Source: an uncultured Acidobacteriaceae bacterium (GTDB lineage Bacteria; Acidobacteriota; Terriglobia; Terriglobales; Acidobacteriaceae). Taken from it: a stretch of 64,000 nucleotides of DNA. The DNA is taken from NCBI GenBank assembly GCA_963773915.1, contig CAVZCY010000003.1, positions 5,914 to 69,913 on the forward strand, written 5' to 3'. This document shows, piece after piece, positions 30,540 to 40,614 of this stretch. The notes below the pieces were generated by a model. The model saw only the letters and a program-made list of their open reading frames with translations, had not been told where the DNA came from and made no database searches. A program made the translations under genes and the position numbers. The stretch's first letter is position 1. Each line of letters starts with the position of its first letter.

Positions 30540-32345
30540 TCACCGAAGGCCCTTGGTAGGACGGACCGGCCGAATCTTCGAGCATGCAACCACGCCTGCG
30601 CCTTCTTCCACGCAATAGAACTGATCGGCCGCAAGGTTCGTCAAAGTGTCTTGGGCTCCCGAAGGCCAGACGATTTCTATCCTGTCAGCCCGAACGTGGT
30701 TTCCAAGGCCGAAATGCAGTCGTAAATCACTCTGCGACATATAGCTCCCGCCGCTTCGTACTTCGTCGGTCTGCGTTAGGGGGCCCGCGATGACTCTGAC
30801 CTGCGCATTCAACGCGAGCCTGTTGCTTCTTGTTCCTTCCAACTCAAGGCTTATCCAGTGATTTTTTGGGAGCCCTTCGGGGCGAAGGATCATCGGTTGT
30901 CCTTCGAGATTTTCGATGACTAAATCGATTCGGCCATCGTTAAAGAGATCTCCTGCGGCCACACCCCGGCTTACTTGCGGAATCTGTAGAGCTTCTCCTG
31001 CAATTTTGCTGACATCTTTGAACTGTCCGTCGTGTTGATTCATAAAGAGTAATTTGGGTTCTTTGTACCTTGACACGAGGGGCTCAGTATCAACCTGCGG
31101 GTAGACATGGCCGTTCACGAGAAATAGGTCTGGCCAGCCTGTGTTATCGAGATCGAAGAAAACATCGCCCCAGCCGACATAGGGCAAGGTGCTCTCCGCG
31201 ATGCCTGACTTATACGACACGTCGGCGAACGATAGATTGCCGTCATTCCGCCATAGTGTGCCGTAGTCCTCGCTGAAGTGGCTCACAAAGATTGACTCGC
31301 GGCCGGTGTGGTTATAGTCCGCCACAGCAATCCCCATGTTAGCTTGCTCATTGCCATCCTGGTTAAAGGCAGTTCCCGAGTTATAACCAATTTCCGAGAA
31401 GGTTCCGTCACCGTTGTTTCGGTATAAGTAGTTCGGGCCGCTATCGTTGGCTACGAACAGATCGATGTGGTCGCCGTTGTTAAAGTGAGACCAAACCGAA
31501 CCGAGGCCTAATAATCCCTGCGCATCAGCCACACCTGCGCTTTGTGAGACATCGGTGAATGTGCCGTCACCGTTGTTGTGATAGAGCGCGTCCGGAGACC
31601 CCGGCAGCCCGCGCGGTCCACATTGAACTTTGATCTTGTGGTAAGTGCATGTAATCTTCGATCCAAATTGCGGAAGGGCCGAGAGATCAAGTTTGGCGTA
31701 GTGCGGAACAAACAAGTCAGCCCAACCGTCATTGTCATAATCACCAAAGGCCGCACCGGTCGCCCACCCCTGATCCTTATCCAAACCAGCCTGCTTCGTG
31801 ACATCGGTGAAAGTTCCGTCTCCATTGTTGCGGTACAACACAACACCATTGAAACAAGTGACGAGAAGATCAGGCCACCCATCGTTGTTGTAATCGCCGA
31901 CGGTGGCTCCCATGGCCCAGCAGGGAAAACCGACCCCGGCTTTGTCGGTGACGTCGGTAAACGTACCATCGTGGTTGTTATGAAAGAGAGCGCTTCGTGC
32001 CTTCTTTCCGGCCAGTTGCATTTCGACGTCAGGCGCGTTCGTGAAGTAGATATCGGGCCAGCCGTCGCGGTCGTAATCGATCAGCGCCACACCTCCACTC
32101 ATCGATTCGACAATGTACTTCTTTTCCGGCGCAGATAGATGATTAAAGTGAATCCGCGTCGACGCCGTGATATCGATGAGCCGAGGGATTGTTGCATGAG
32201 CTTTTGATTCAGGCCGGGCGGAGGCTTTTTGAAGCGATGCAGAGTTATGCGACTGCTGACCGGGCGACGAAGCTTGAAACATAAGGCAAAGAATGCCGCA
32301 AACCACGGTCAGGATCAGTACGAGAGTGCGGATCTTTATCGCCAC
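30540..32345 (-). CDS. CRTAC1/ASPIC-UnbV family protein with FG-GAP/VCBS-like repeats
   Basis: Repeated DYDRDGWPD/DYNNDGWPD/NNGDGTFTDV motifs, C-terminal GGSYMSQSDLRLHFGLG...IVWPSG. Confidence 0.9.
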   Translation of the reverse strand: MAIKIRTLVLILTVVCGILCLMFQASSPGQQSHNSASLQKASARPESKAHATIPRLIDITASTRIHFNHLSAPEKKYIVESMSGGVALIDYDRDGWPDIYFTNAPDVEMQLAGKKARSALFHNNHDGTFTDVTDKAGVGFPCWAMGATVGDYNNDGWPDLLVTCFNGVVLYRNNGDGTFTDVTKQAGLDKDQGWATGAAFGDYDNDGWADLFVPHYAKLDLSALPQFGSKITCTYHKIKVQCGPRGLPGSPDALYHNNGDGTFTDVSQSAGVADAQGLLGLGSVWSHFNNGDHIDLFVANDSGPNYLYRNNGDGTFSEIGYNSGTAFNQDGNEQANMGIAVADYNHTGRESIFVSHFSEDYGTLWRNDGNLSFADVSYKSGIAESTLPYVGWGDVFFDLDNTGWPDLFLVNGHVYPQVDTEPLVSRYKEPKLLFMNQHDGQFKDVSKIAGEALQIPQVSRGVAAGDLFNDGRIDLVIENLEGQPMILRPEGLPKNHWISLELEGTRSNRLALNAQVRVIAGPLTQTDEVRSGGSYMSQSDLRLHFGLGNHVRADRIEIVWPSGAQDTLTNLAADQFYCVEEGAGVVACSKIRPVRPTKGLR

Positions 32346-32375
32346 AGCATGCGTCTTATAACAAATTCCAGTTAA

Positions 32376-33584
32376 TTAGTGTGTCGATGGCTTACCGTCG
32401 GTCTCGGCCGGAAGATCCTGCTGACGCATTTGCCGAAAAACCTTGCCCAGGCTATCTCTCATGGCCTTGTAGCGGGCAAATTCGTCCATTTCGTGCTGAG
32501 CCTCAGCCGTTTTCCCTTCTTGCCGGTAGAGTCCACTCAGTTGATAATGTGCCACGCTATTCGTAGGGTCGTCTTTCACCGCACTTTCCAGGAGAGATGT
32601 CGCGGCCTGGTTGTCGCCGCGCGCGACGAGTAACTTCGCAAGATCGGTCTCCGCATCGGAATCTTTCGGGAACAGTGCGAGAGCCTTCGTGTAGTCTTCT
32701 TTGGCTGCGGGGAAATCCCCCTTGTCCGCCATGATCTCTCCCAATCCGCGCCAGGCCTTTTCGTCGAATTGATTCGACGAGAGGGCGGTTCTGAATTCAC
32801 GCTCCGCCTCGGCCTTCAGCCCAGGATCTGAAGATTCTTTAAGCTGCACGGCTAGTTCAAAGTGGACTCCGGGCAACTGAGGATTAAGACGGATCGCCTC
32901 ACGATACTGCGCAATCGCATTGTCGGAGTCGCCTTGAAGCACAAATTCATCCGCCATCATCATATGCAATTCCGCGGAGTTCGGGGCGGCGAGCGCCATG
33001 CTGAGGAGCGTCTTGTCAACCGTCTGCAAGGAGATCTGATATGCGGCAAAGAGAATTTGAGGGTCTTGTGGTGCGATCTTCTCAAGCTGGACTACAACTT
33101 CAGCGGCCTGGTCCAAATCTCCGGACGCGGAAGCTATCTCGATCAGTTCGAGGCCAGTCTGCTTTTGAATTTTTTCGTCGTCGAGATTAGGGAATGATTG
33201 CTCCAGGTCTCTTTGCGCCGCTGCCAGGTCTCCTGTTCTTTTTTCGGCAGTCCCGAGCAGGGCCTGAATCCTCCACAGCTTCTGATTGAGCTGCAACGCT
33301 GCGCGCATTTCCGAAATCGCTTCAGCGTAGTTGTTTTGGAAGAACAACAGCACCCCCAGGTTCCCCCGGGCATCCACGTCTTGCGGATCGAGCAAAATGA
33401 TCTGCCGGAAGATGGGAATGGCAAGCTGCGGCTTTTGCTCCTGGAGGTATTGCAGCGCTTGATGCTTCAGATCATCGATCTTTTGTTTCGGAGCGGAAGT
33501 ATCTTGCGCAGCAACACAGATTGAGGCCCAAGAAACTAAGATGCAGAAGAGAATCCTCATAGTGAAACGCTTCATTTCTATCAC
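32376..33584 (-). CDS. Exported tetratricopeptide-repeat protein
   Basis: Signal peptide, multiple TPR helices (ARGNLGVLLF, AIAQYREAIRLNP, AHYQLSGLYRQEGK). Confidence 0.85.
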   Translation of the reverse strand: MIEMKRFTMRILFCILVSWASICVAAQDTSAPKQKIDDLKHQALQYLQEQKPQLAIPIFRQIILLDPQDVDARGNLGVLLFFQNNYAEAISEMRAALQLNQKLWRIQALLGTAEKRTGDLAAAQRDLEQSFPNLDDEKIQKQTGLELIEIASASGDLDQAAEVVVQLEKIAPQDPQILFAAYQISLQTVDKTLLSMALAAPNSAELHMMMADEFVLQGDSDNAIAQYREAIRLNPQLPGVHFELAVQLKESSDPGLKAEAEREFRTALSSNQFDEKAWRGLGEIMADKGDFPAAKEDYTKALALFPKDSDAETDLAKLLVARGDNQAATSLLESAVKDDPTNSVAHYQLSGLYRQEGKTAEAQHEMDEFARYKAMRDSLGKVFRQMRQQDLPAETDGKPSTH

Positions 33585-33713
33585 TTACGCCTCAGCGGCA
33601 TTCCGCGCCGCGCTCTTGCCGCAGCATTTATGGGATGGGTTAACGTCCAGTGCTGAGCGCGAGAATACAGGTTGCAACATCCGAAGTCCAGACACCCAAA
33701 ACCTATTTTGCGC

Positions 33714-33764
33714 TTGACAGTCGGAGCGTATGTGGCTAACGTGCTTTTTCTGAAAGCGTTTTCT
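33714..33764 (+). promoter_or_regulatory. Sigma70-type promoter with a downstream LacI-family operator
   Basis: TTGACA (33714-33719), 17-bp spacer, TAACGT (33737-33742). TGAAAGCGTTTTCT at 33751-33764. Confidence 0.6.
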
Positions 33765-33874
33765 TAGCGTGTCCGTTTTGAATTTCCTTTGATCCGCACC
33801 TGCCGGCGGCAACTGAGGAGTTCGGCGACACCCAACGGCAAACGATTCGAGCATCAACGAAGGGAGAAGTAACT

Positions 33875-35578
33875 TTGAAATCGAAATCAGAAGAAACTCT
33901 TTTGCTCACGCGCCGCGACGCCCTCAAGCTTTCCGCAGCAGCAGGATTTGCTTCGGCACTGTCCAGTCCGGCTCATGCCTCCGACAGCATCAAAACCGGG
34001 GTTCATCAGCAAGAGCCTCCCTACTGTTCTACACCTCGCACTGCCATCGCGAATACGCAATATGGCAAAGTGCGCGGCTTTGTTTCAGGCGATGTTTTCA
34101 CCTTTAAGGGTGTTCCTTATGGGGCAACGACCGCAGGTGAGAACCGCTGGCTTCCAGCGAAACCTCCAGCTTCATGGAATGATGAGTATCCCGCTTTAGT
34201 CTACGGCGCGAACTGCCCACAGAATCTGCACACCTGGACCGGAAATGAGCAAACGTTCATACAGGATTGGGACGATGGCTGGCAGAGCGAAGACATGCTA
34301 AAGCTGAACATCTGGACTCCGAGCCTCTCCGGTAAACGCCCAGTGATGTTCTACATCCATGGCGGCGGGTACAGCTTCGGGTCTTCTTACGAATTGCCCT
34401 CGCATGAAGGCGCCAATATGGCGCGCTACCACGATGTCGTGCAGGTGTCGGTGAATCACCGCCTTAACATTCTTGGATTCTTCGATGTCTCCGAGATAGG
34501 CGGCTCTGCCTATGAAGATTCGGTCAACGTCGGCATGACGGACCTTGTTGCCGCACTTCAGTGGGTCCATGAAAACATCGCCAACTTCGGCGGCGACCCC
34601 GACAGGGTGATGATCTATGGCCAGTCGGGTGGCGGATCGAAAGTGACCACGCTGATGGGCATGCCTTCGGCTGCGGGACTCATTCATCGAGCTTCGGCTC
34701 AATCCGGTGGCGGCGGTAATATTCCCACCAAAGAGCAGCAGAGAGAAGTAGCTCGTCAATTGATGAAAGACCTCGGCTTGCAGCCAAACGACATTGCCGC
34801 TCTGCAAAAGATGGCGTGGCCGCAACTGGCGGCTGCGGGCAATGCAGCTGTCGCGAAGATTAATCCGCCCGGACCACCCATGATGGGGCCAGGTGCGCCC
34901 GGCCATCCGCGTGTGGGCTGGTCACCGAGTTTAGACGGCAAAGTCATCAACTGCCGTTCGTTCTTCGATGTCGCACCCGATATTTCGAAGAATGTGCCTA
35001 TGCTCGTCGGCTCGGTGAGTGAAGAGGGCAACCACATGAGCTCGCGGCCCACTGAAGAGCAGTGGCACGCAAACCTCGCAAAAGCCTACGACGATGACAA
35101 GGCAACCGCGATCATTGCCTCTCTGAAGAGGGCCTACCCACAGAAGGCGATCCAGACTCTGTCGTATATCTGCGGAGGCGCCGGCGGTCTGAATGGCCTG
35201 GGAATGCGGAATAACGTGGTAAAGATGGCCAAGTTGAAGCATGACTTGAACGCTGCGCCAGCATACGCGTACTTCTTCCAGTGGCAAACGCCAATTCTCG
35301 ATGGCTTACCGGGCGCGTGGCATACCGCGGAGCTCCAATTCTGCTTCGATAACACCCTGCGCTGTGAACAGGGCACCGGCAACACGCCCGAAGCACAGGC
35401 GCTGGCGAAAAAGATGGCGGCTTCGTGGGCGGCATTCGCAGCGAACGGCAACCCGAACATCCCAGGCTTGAAATGGGAGCAGACGGACCCAGACAGCAAC
35501 AAGACGATGGTATGGGATAACGAGATCCGTATGGAAAACGATCCCCTGGCGGAAGCGCGCAAAATCATTTTGAGCTGA
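33875..35578 (+). CDS. Tat-exported carboxylesterase/lipase type B
   Basis: TRRDALK, FKGVPYG, SEDMLKLNIWTP, HGGG, NHRLN, FGGDPDRV, GQSGG, WHTAEL. TTG start after AGGGAG. Confidence 0.92.
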   Translation: MKSKSEETLLLTRRDALKLSAAAGFASALSSPAHASDSIKTGVHQQEPPYCSTPRTAIANTQYGKVRGFVSGDVFTFKGVPYGATTAGENRWLPAKPPASWNDEYPALVYGANCPQNLHTWTGNEQTFIQDWDDGWQSEDMLKLNIWTPSLSGKRPVMFYIHGGGYSFGSSYELPSHEGANMARYHDVVQVSVNHRLNILGFFDVSEIGGSAYEDSVNVGMTDLVAALQWVHENIANFGGDPDRVMIYGQSGGGSKVTTLMGMPSAAGLIHRASAQSGGGGNIPTKEQQREVARQLMKDLGLQPNDIAALQKMAWPQLAAAGNAAVAKINPPGPPMMGPGAPGHPRVGWSPSLDGKVINCRSFFDVAPDISKNVPMLVGSVSEEGNHMSSRPTEEQWHANLAKAYDDDKATAIIASLKRAYPQKAIQTLSYICGGAGGLNGLGMRNNVVKMAKLKHDLNAAPAYAYFFQWQTPILDGLPGAWHTAELQFCFDNTLRCEQGTGNTPEAQALAKKMAASWAAFAANGNPNIPGLKWEQTDPDSNKTMVWDNEIRMENDPLAEARKIILS

Positions 35579-35877
35579 ACGCGGGCGCGGGGGCAGAAGC
35601 AAGCGGGTTCACGCCTCCGCGCCAGGCTTTCTTTCGCGCGCAATGGTCGAATTTCAAATAAATTCATTGACCGGAGTACTGCTTCATCTGACAACTCTGC
35701 AGGCGGCTTCCGCCTCTCGCCATCGGAACGCTGCGCGGTGCGTAGACTCTCAAAGCGTGTGGAAGGCCTGCGATGTTCCATTACACCCAGATGCAGCACG
35801 CTGCTACCGGGAAGCGGGATATCTGAAGTGAGTTTTGCAGGGACCGGGCGATTCGCTAAATGGCACGGAAGCCAGCC

Positions 35878-36765
35878 TTAAATAACTTCTACATCTCGAT
35901 TCCCGCCCAGCCTGTCTGCGAGATAGTTCTTTTCTCGGCCTGCGGTATCGAACTCGCGAAGCACCAGAAACATGCGAGCAAAGCGTTCGCCGCCCATGGG
36001 AAGCCGCAGTCCCACTATTTCACCGGAGGCAAGATAATTTTGGATTCTGTAAACCGGAAGCCAGCCAAAGCACATACCGCTGCGCACAGCCTCGATGGCT
36101 GATTCAATCGACGCGACAGACAGGAACCGCTGCGATGGTGCATGGGGTTGGCGTCTGTGCTCAGGGTCTGTGGCTCCTTCGATGAGCACGGCAAGACTTT
36201 GCGCCAGATCCATTTGAGTTAATGGGCGTTTGCTTGCCGCGAGTGGATGATCCGGCCGGGCAACAGCTCTCATTCGGATGTCCAGGATTGGCTTGATTAT
36301 GTTCTCGCCCGTGGGTGTACCCGCGATACAGATGTCGGCGGCGTAGTTTGCGAACTCCAAGGCTGCCGAAAGCATTGTGCCCCGGTGAAGCTTGAGATGA
36401 ACGTGCCCAAATAGCTGCGAGAACTCCCCGAGAACGGCGAAAAGCCGGTCATCCGGGAAGACACTATCAACGGAGAGATGAATCTGAGTTTCACCTCCTG
36501 CCGCGAGGGATACGCCACGCTGCTCAAGTGCGCGAAACCCGGTCAGCAATGGTTCCGCGTCGGCAAGCAATGCTTTCCCAGTTTCAGTGAGATGAGCTTT
36601 TCTTCCCTTAAGCTCGAGCAAGGGTACGCGGAAGTGTTCTTGCAACCTTGAAACGGCATAGCTGATCGTCGATTGCGAGCGGTTCATCTTCGTGGCAGCG
36701 GCGGCAAAACTTCCCAATTCGACGATCGCTTCCAGAACCTCCCACTGGTCAAGGGTTGTATTCAT
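35878..36765 (-). CDS. LysR-family transcriptional regulator
   Basis: TLDQWEVLEAIVELGSFAAAA...SQSTISYAVSRLQ HTH, substrate domain with GWLP. The palindrome tcgaac-N6-gttcga lies at 36825-36842. Confidence 0.9.
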   Translation of the reverse strand: MNTTLDQWEVLEAIVELGSFAAAATKMNRSQSTISYAVSRLQEHFRVPLLELKGRKAHLTETGKALLADAEPLLTGFRALEQRGVSLAAGGETQIHLSVDSVFPDDRLFAVLGEFSQLFGHVHLKLHRGTMLSAALEFANYAADICIAGTPTGENIIKPILDIRMRAVARPDHPLAASKRPLTQMDLAQSLAVLIEGATDPEHRRQPHAPSQRFLSVASIESAIEAVRSGMCFGWLPVYRIQNYLASGEIVGLRLPMGGERFARMFLVLREFDTAGREKNYLADRLGGNRDVEVI

Positions 36766-36920
36766 GAGATTGTCTCCTGAGGTGCGCTTTGCTGGACCGG
36801 ATACTACACGATACATCGAAAATATCGAACAGAAAAGTTCGAGAAATAGCTCTTGTCAGTCATATTTTCTATGAATACTATCCCGTTTGACTCTGAGAGG
36901 GGAGTTGGCAAGCCCGCTTT

Positions 36921-36934
36921 TGTAAGCGTTTTCT
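36921..36934 (+). promoter_or_regulatory. LacI-family/cre-like operator upstream of the TonB receptor operon
   Basis: TGTAAGCGTTTTCT, 13/14 identical to the site at 33751. Confidence 0.55.
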
Positions 36935-37034
36935 CAAAACGAAAACTCCTCACCCCCGACTGAAGTTAGCAAGAATCCCCGGCTAGCTTCAGCCGAAATT
37001 TGGCAAGGAATTGTAAAACGATCTGGAGGCGAAC

Positions 37035-40000
37035 ATGAAAATCAACATAAGCATGCCGGCAGTGCTCTTGGCGCTTTGCGCGAGCGCGGCCTTTGGACAA
37101 GCCACAAACTCAGCCGATGTTACGGGTACCGTGACCGACTCCACAGGAGCGGTGGTGCCAGGGGTCACGATTGCCATCAAGGATATCGACAAGGGCGAGG
37201 TGCGCACCATTACCTCGAACGGAGCCGGAGCTTACGATAGCGGCCCTATCGTCCCGAACGACAACTACACGATCACATTCAGCAGAGAAGGATTTGAATC
37301 CCTGCAGCGTGGTCCTATGCAGTTGCAGGTCGGACAAATCGGTTTAAACGTGCAGTTGGCTGTGGGACAGGCCACGCAACAGGTTGTGGTGAACGAGAAT
37401 GCGCCGCTCCTGCAGACGACCAGTGCGGAACTTTCAACGACAATTCCGACCGATACACTGCAAACGTTGCCGCAGTCGGGGAACCCGGATTGGCAGTCGT
37501 TCCTTCTGTTGCTGCCGGGTACCTCAGGAAACGCGGGAAGCCAGGCGAACCCCGGGATGGGCAGTTTGGCCGCAAACGGAAGCATGCCGTTTTCTACAGC
37601 CATGCTCGACGGCTCTACGATTAGCTCACCAATGAGCGACAACGTAATCAACACGCCAATCTTCGATGCCATCGGCGAAGTAAAGATGAGCGACTCGAAT
37701 TTCTCTGCGCAGTACGGCACGGGCGGCGTCATCTTCAACCAGATCAGCAAGGGCGGCACGAATAGCTTCCACGGTCTGGGCTACGACTATTTTGAAAACA
37801 ACGCTTTGAATGCCGCGAGCTATGGGTTTGGCTTCGGCAAGGTTCCCATTCTCAAACTAAACAATTTCGGCTGGCAGGCCAGCGGTCCAGTGATCAAGAA
37901 CAAGATCTTCTTCCTGATTGACTGGGAACACAGAATCCAACACGGCGCTGGGGCGGTCAACGTGACCACCCTGCCGACCGATGCCATGAGAACAGGTGAC
38001 TTTACTGGGACCGGGCTGAACACTCTCTACGATCCAACAACACAGACAGTGAATCCGGTCACCGGGGCTGTCACTCGGCAATCCTTCATCAGCGAGTATG
38101 GCAGCAACAAGATTCCGGCTGGATTGATCGATCCGGTCGCCAAGAATATCGAGGCGCTCTATCCCGACCTGCCATCAACGAGTTTTGCAATCAATGACTT
38201 TAAATACGGCTTACCAGCCGTCCCCACGACGGAGCAGAAATGGTTTGGCCGTTTCGACGCGGACATTACGCAGAATAATCGGCTGACAGGGTCGTCGGCT
38301 TATAACTACCCTACGACGTTCAAGCCGGCCAGCATTGTCTTTCCACTTAACGCGACGATCGTCGATGTGGAGAACATGAGCGGCCAGCTCTCTGACGTTC
38401 ACACCTTCAGCGCGCGCACCATCAACGAGGCGCGAGCAGGGTGGATGGGAGAGTATGACCTGCTCAAGTCCCCAACAATTGGCGAGGGTTATCCTACCAA
38501 GCTAGGTTTGCAGTATGCCAAATATGACATCATGCCGACGATCAACATCACCAACTACTACGGCCTTGGACCAAACTCTCCCAGTAAGGCGAACTACAGA
38601 GAAAACATCTTTAACGAGTCGGACGTGGTGACGATGATCCGCGGCCGACACACCCTCCACCTCGGCGGCGAACTTGTCGCTTTCCGCGCCGACTCAACGC
38701 AATGGGGCAACCTCAACTCGGCCACACTCGGGTTTACGGGTACCTACACGGAGTCAAGTAATGCTTCTGGAACCGGTGGCGATCCATACGCCGACTTCCT
38801 CCTTGGCTATGTCCAGAACTGGTCAGCCGGTGTTACGCCCACCTACTACGGCAGACTGAAGAGCCCGGCGTTCTTTGTTCAGGATGACTGGAAAGTCACT
38901 CCGAAGATGACGGTTAACCTTGGCGTGCGCTGGGAAGGCAGAACCGGTTGGTCGGATAGAACGAACAACGAGCGTGCCTTCGACCCGACAATCATCAATC
39001 CCGCCACCGGCGCAGGGGGCGCCATGTGGTACGCATCCACTCACACCAATGGCAGGACCCAGTTGCAACAGGATCAGTGGAACAACTGGCTGCCCCGAGT
39101 TGGCGTTGCATATCAGCTCGGCTCCAAGATGACAGTCAACGGTGGCTTCGGAATGTACACGTTCCCGTGGAATGTGGACAACTATGCCAGCTGTTGCCTG
39201 GGCGATGCGATCGCTCAATCTGGTAACGAAAATGATTCCACCGGTGGCGTCGCGCCCGTGGCTCTCTTGAGCGGCACCGGCAATGAGAACCCCCAGGGAG
39301 CGAAGGGCGCTAGCGTCAACACACTCTATGTCAATTCTCCAACCGCCCCACAGGCCTACAACGGCCAGAATGTCTCGTATATGCTGTACCATCAGCCGAT
39401 CCCGCGTCTTTACAACTGGAACGTGACCGTCCAACGCCAGGTCACCGGAAATATGGTGGCTCAGCTTGGCTACGTCGGCGCTCACGGGACGAATCTTCTC
39501 TACAACAACGACATCAATCAGATTCCGGCGAGCGAACTGAGTCCGAACGATGCCAGTTTCCGCCCGTATCCGGAGTTCCAGGCCATTAGCGGATTCTCGT
39601 ATGCTGCTACTTCGGATTACCATGCATTGCAGGCAGTCGTCGAGCGCCGCATGAGCAACGGCCTGACGTTGAACGCCAACTACACCTGGTCGCACATGAC
39701 AGACGCCCAGGATTCTTCGGGCTGGGGATCGGAACAAGGAACTTCTGTGTTTCAGAATTCCTATAGTCCCTACTCCAACTGGGGCGCCGCGAACTTCGAC
39801 GTTCGCCAGATGTTCAAGGCGTTCGGCACCTACGAGCTGCCTTTTGGCATCGGTCGCAAGTATCTAAACTCCAACCGGATATTGGATGAAGGTATCGGCG
39901 GATGGACGATGTCTCTCACTTTTGTGGGGCAAGGCGGGCATCCATTCACACCGGTTATGGCAAGTTCAGCGCTTTCCTATGAGAACACGGGGGCAGGCGA

Positions 40001-40355
40001 CTTCAAATGGTATCCGAATCAGGTAGGAAATCCTATGGCATCGGGCCAGAGCAAAACCATCAGCCAGTGGTTCAACCCTGCTGCGTTCGCGCAACCCACT
40101 CCAGGTACTCTGGGAAACAATCGCCGTAACGATGTTTATGGGCCGGGGTTGCATGTAATCAACGGTTCGCTCCACAAGACGTTCACGATCTATGAGCGGG
40201 TGAGTTTCGATTTGGCTGCAAATGCAACGAACCTCATCAACCATCCATCGTTCTCCGATCCTGATCTGAACATCGGTACGGGTCACCACGCCCAAATCAC
40301 GGCCGTAAACGAGGGCGGGCGTATTGTTGAACTCGTTGGCAAACTCCGGTTCTAG
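37035..40355 (+). CDS. Oar-type TonB-dependent receptor with an N-terminal carboxypeptidase-regulatory-like domain
   Basis: GTVTDSTGAVVPGV, FSAQYG, KGGTNSFHG, NNFG...GP, FFVQDDWKV, PRVGVAY, C-terminal RIVELVGKLRF. Confidence 0.92.
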   Translation: MKINISMPAVLLALCASAAFGQATNSADVTGTVTDSTGAVVPGVTIAIKDIDKGEVRTITSNGAGAYDSGPIVPNDNYTITFSREGFESLQRGPMQLQVGQIGLNVQLAVGQATQQVVVNENAPLLQTTSAELSTTIPTDTLQTLPQSGNPDWQSFLLLLPGTSGNAGSQANPGMGSLAANGSMPFSTAMLDGSTISSPMSDNVINTPIFDAIGEVKMSDSNFSAQYGTGGVIFNQISKGGTNSFHGLGYDYFENNALNAASYGFGFGKVPILKLNNFGWQASGPVIKNKIFFLIDWEHRIQHGAGAVNVTTLPTDAMRTGDFTGTGLNTLYDPTTQTVNPVTGAVTRQSFISEYGSNKIPAGLIDPVAKNIEALYPDLPSTSFAINDFKYGLPAVPTTEQKWFGRFDADITQNNRLTGSSAYNYPTTFKPASIVFPLNATIVDVENMSGQLSDVHTFSARTINEARAGWMGEYDLLKSPTIGEGYPTKLGLQYAKYDIMPTINITNYYGLGPNSPSKANYRENIFNESDVVTMIRGRHTLHLGGELVAFRADSTQWGNLNSATLGFTGTYTESSNASGTGGDPYADFLLGYVQNWSAGVTPTYYGRLKSPAFFVQDDWKVTPKMTVNLGVRWEGRTGWSDRTNNERAFDPTIINPATGAGGAMWYASTHTNGRTQLQQDQWNNWLPRVGVAYQLGSKMTVNGGFGMYTFPWNVDNYASCCLGDAIAQSGNENDSTGGVAPVALLSGTGNENPQGAKGASVNTLYVNSPTAPQAYNGQNVSYMLYHQPIPRLYNWNVTVQRQVTGNMVAQLGYVGAHGTNLLYNNDINQIPASELSPNDASFRPYPEFQAISGFSYAATSDYHALQAVVERRMSNGLTLNANYTWSHMTDAQDSSGWGSEQGTSVFQNSYSPYSNWGAANFDVRQMFKAFGTYELPFGIGRKYLNSNRILDEGIGGWTMSLTFVGQGGHPFTPVMASSALSYENTGAGDFKWYPNQVGNPMASGQSKTISQWFNPAAFAQPTPGTLGNNRRNDVYGPGLHVINGSLHKTFTIYERVSFDLAANATNLINHPSFSDPDLNIGTGHHAQITAVNEGGRIVELVGKLRF

Positions 40356-40614
40356 GGAGCAATCCAAACCAGGCATGAACTTCGAGTGGCCCTGCGGAAA
40401 AGGGATACTGCACGGCCACTCAATCCTTCACGTGAGACCCAGCGAGCGTGGGCGCGGCCAACGTCGCCTCCGTCCAAACCTAATCAGCAATGGCATCGGA
40501 TAGCGGACATCCTTCTGTGGGCCGATGCTCGTCGACACACGTGACATCTATCAAGTACAAGGCTTTGCGGGCTTTAAAATGAATGAATTTCGAAGAAATA
40601 CGGGGGGTTCAGCT

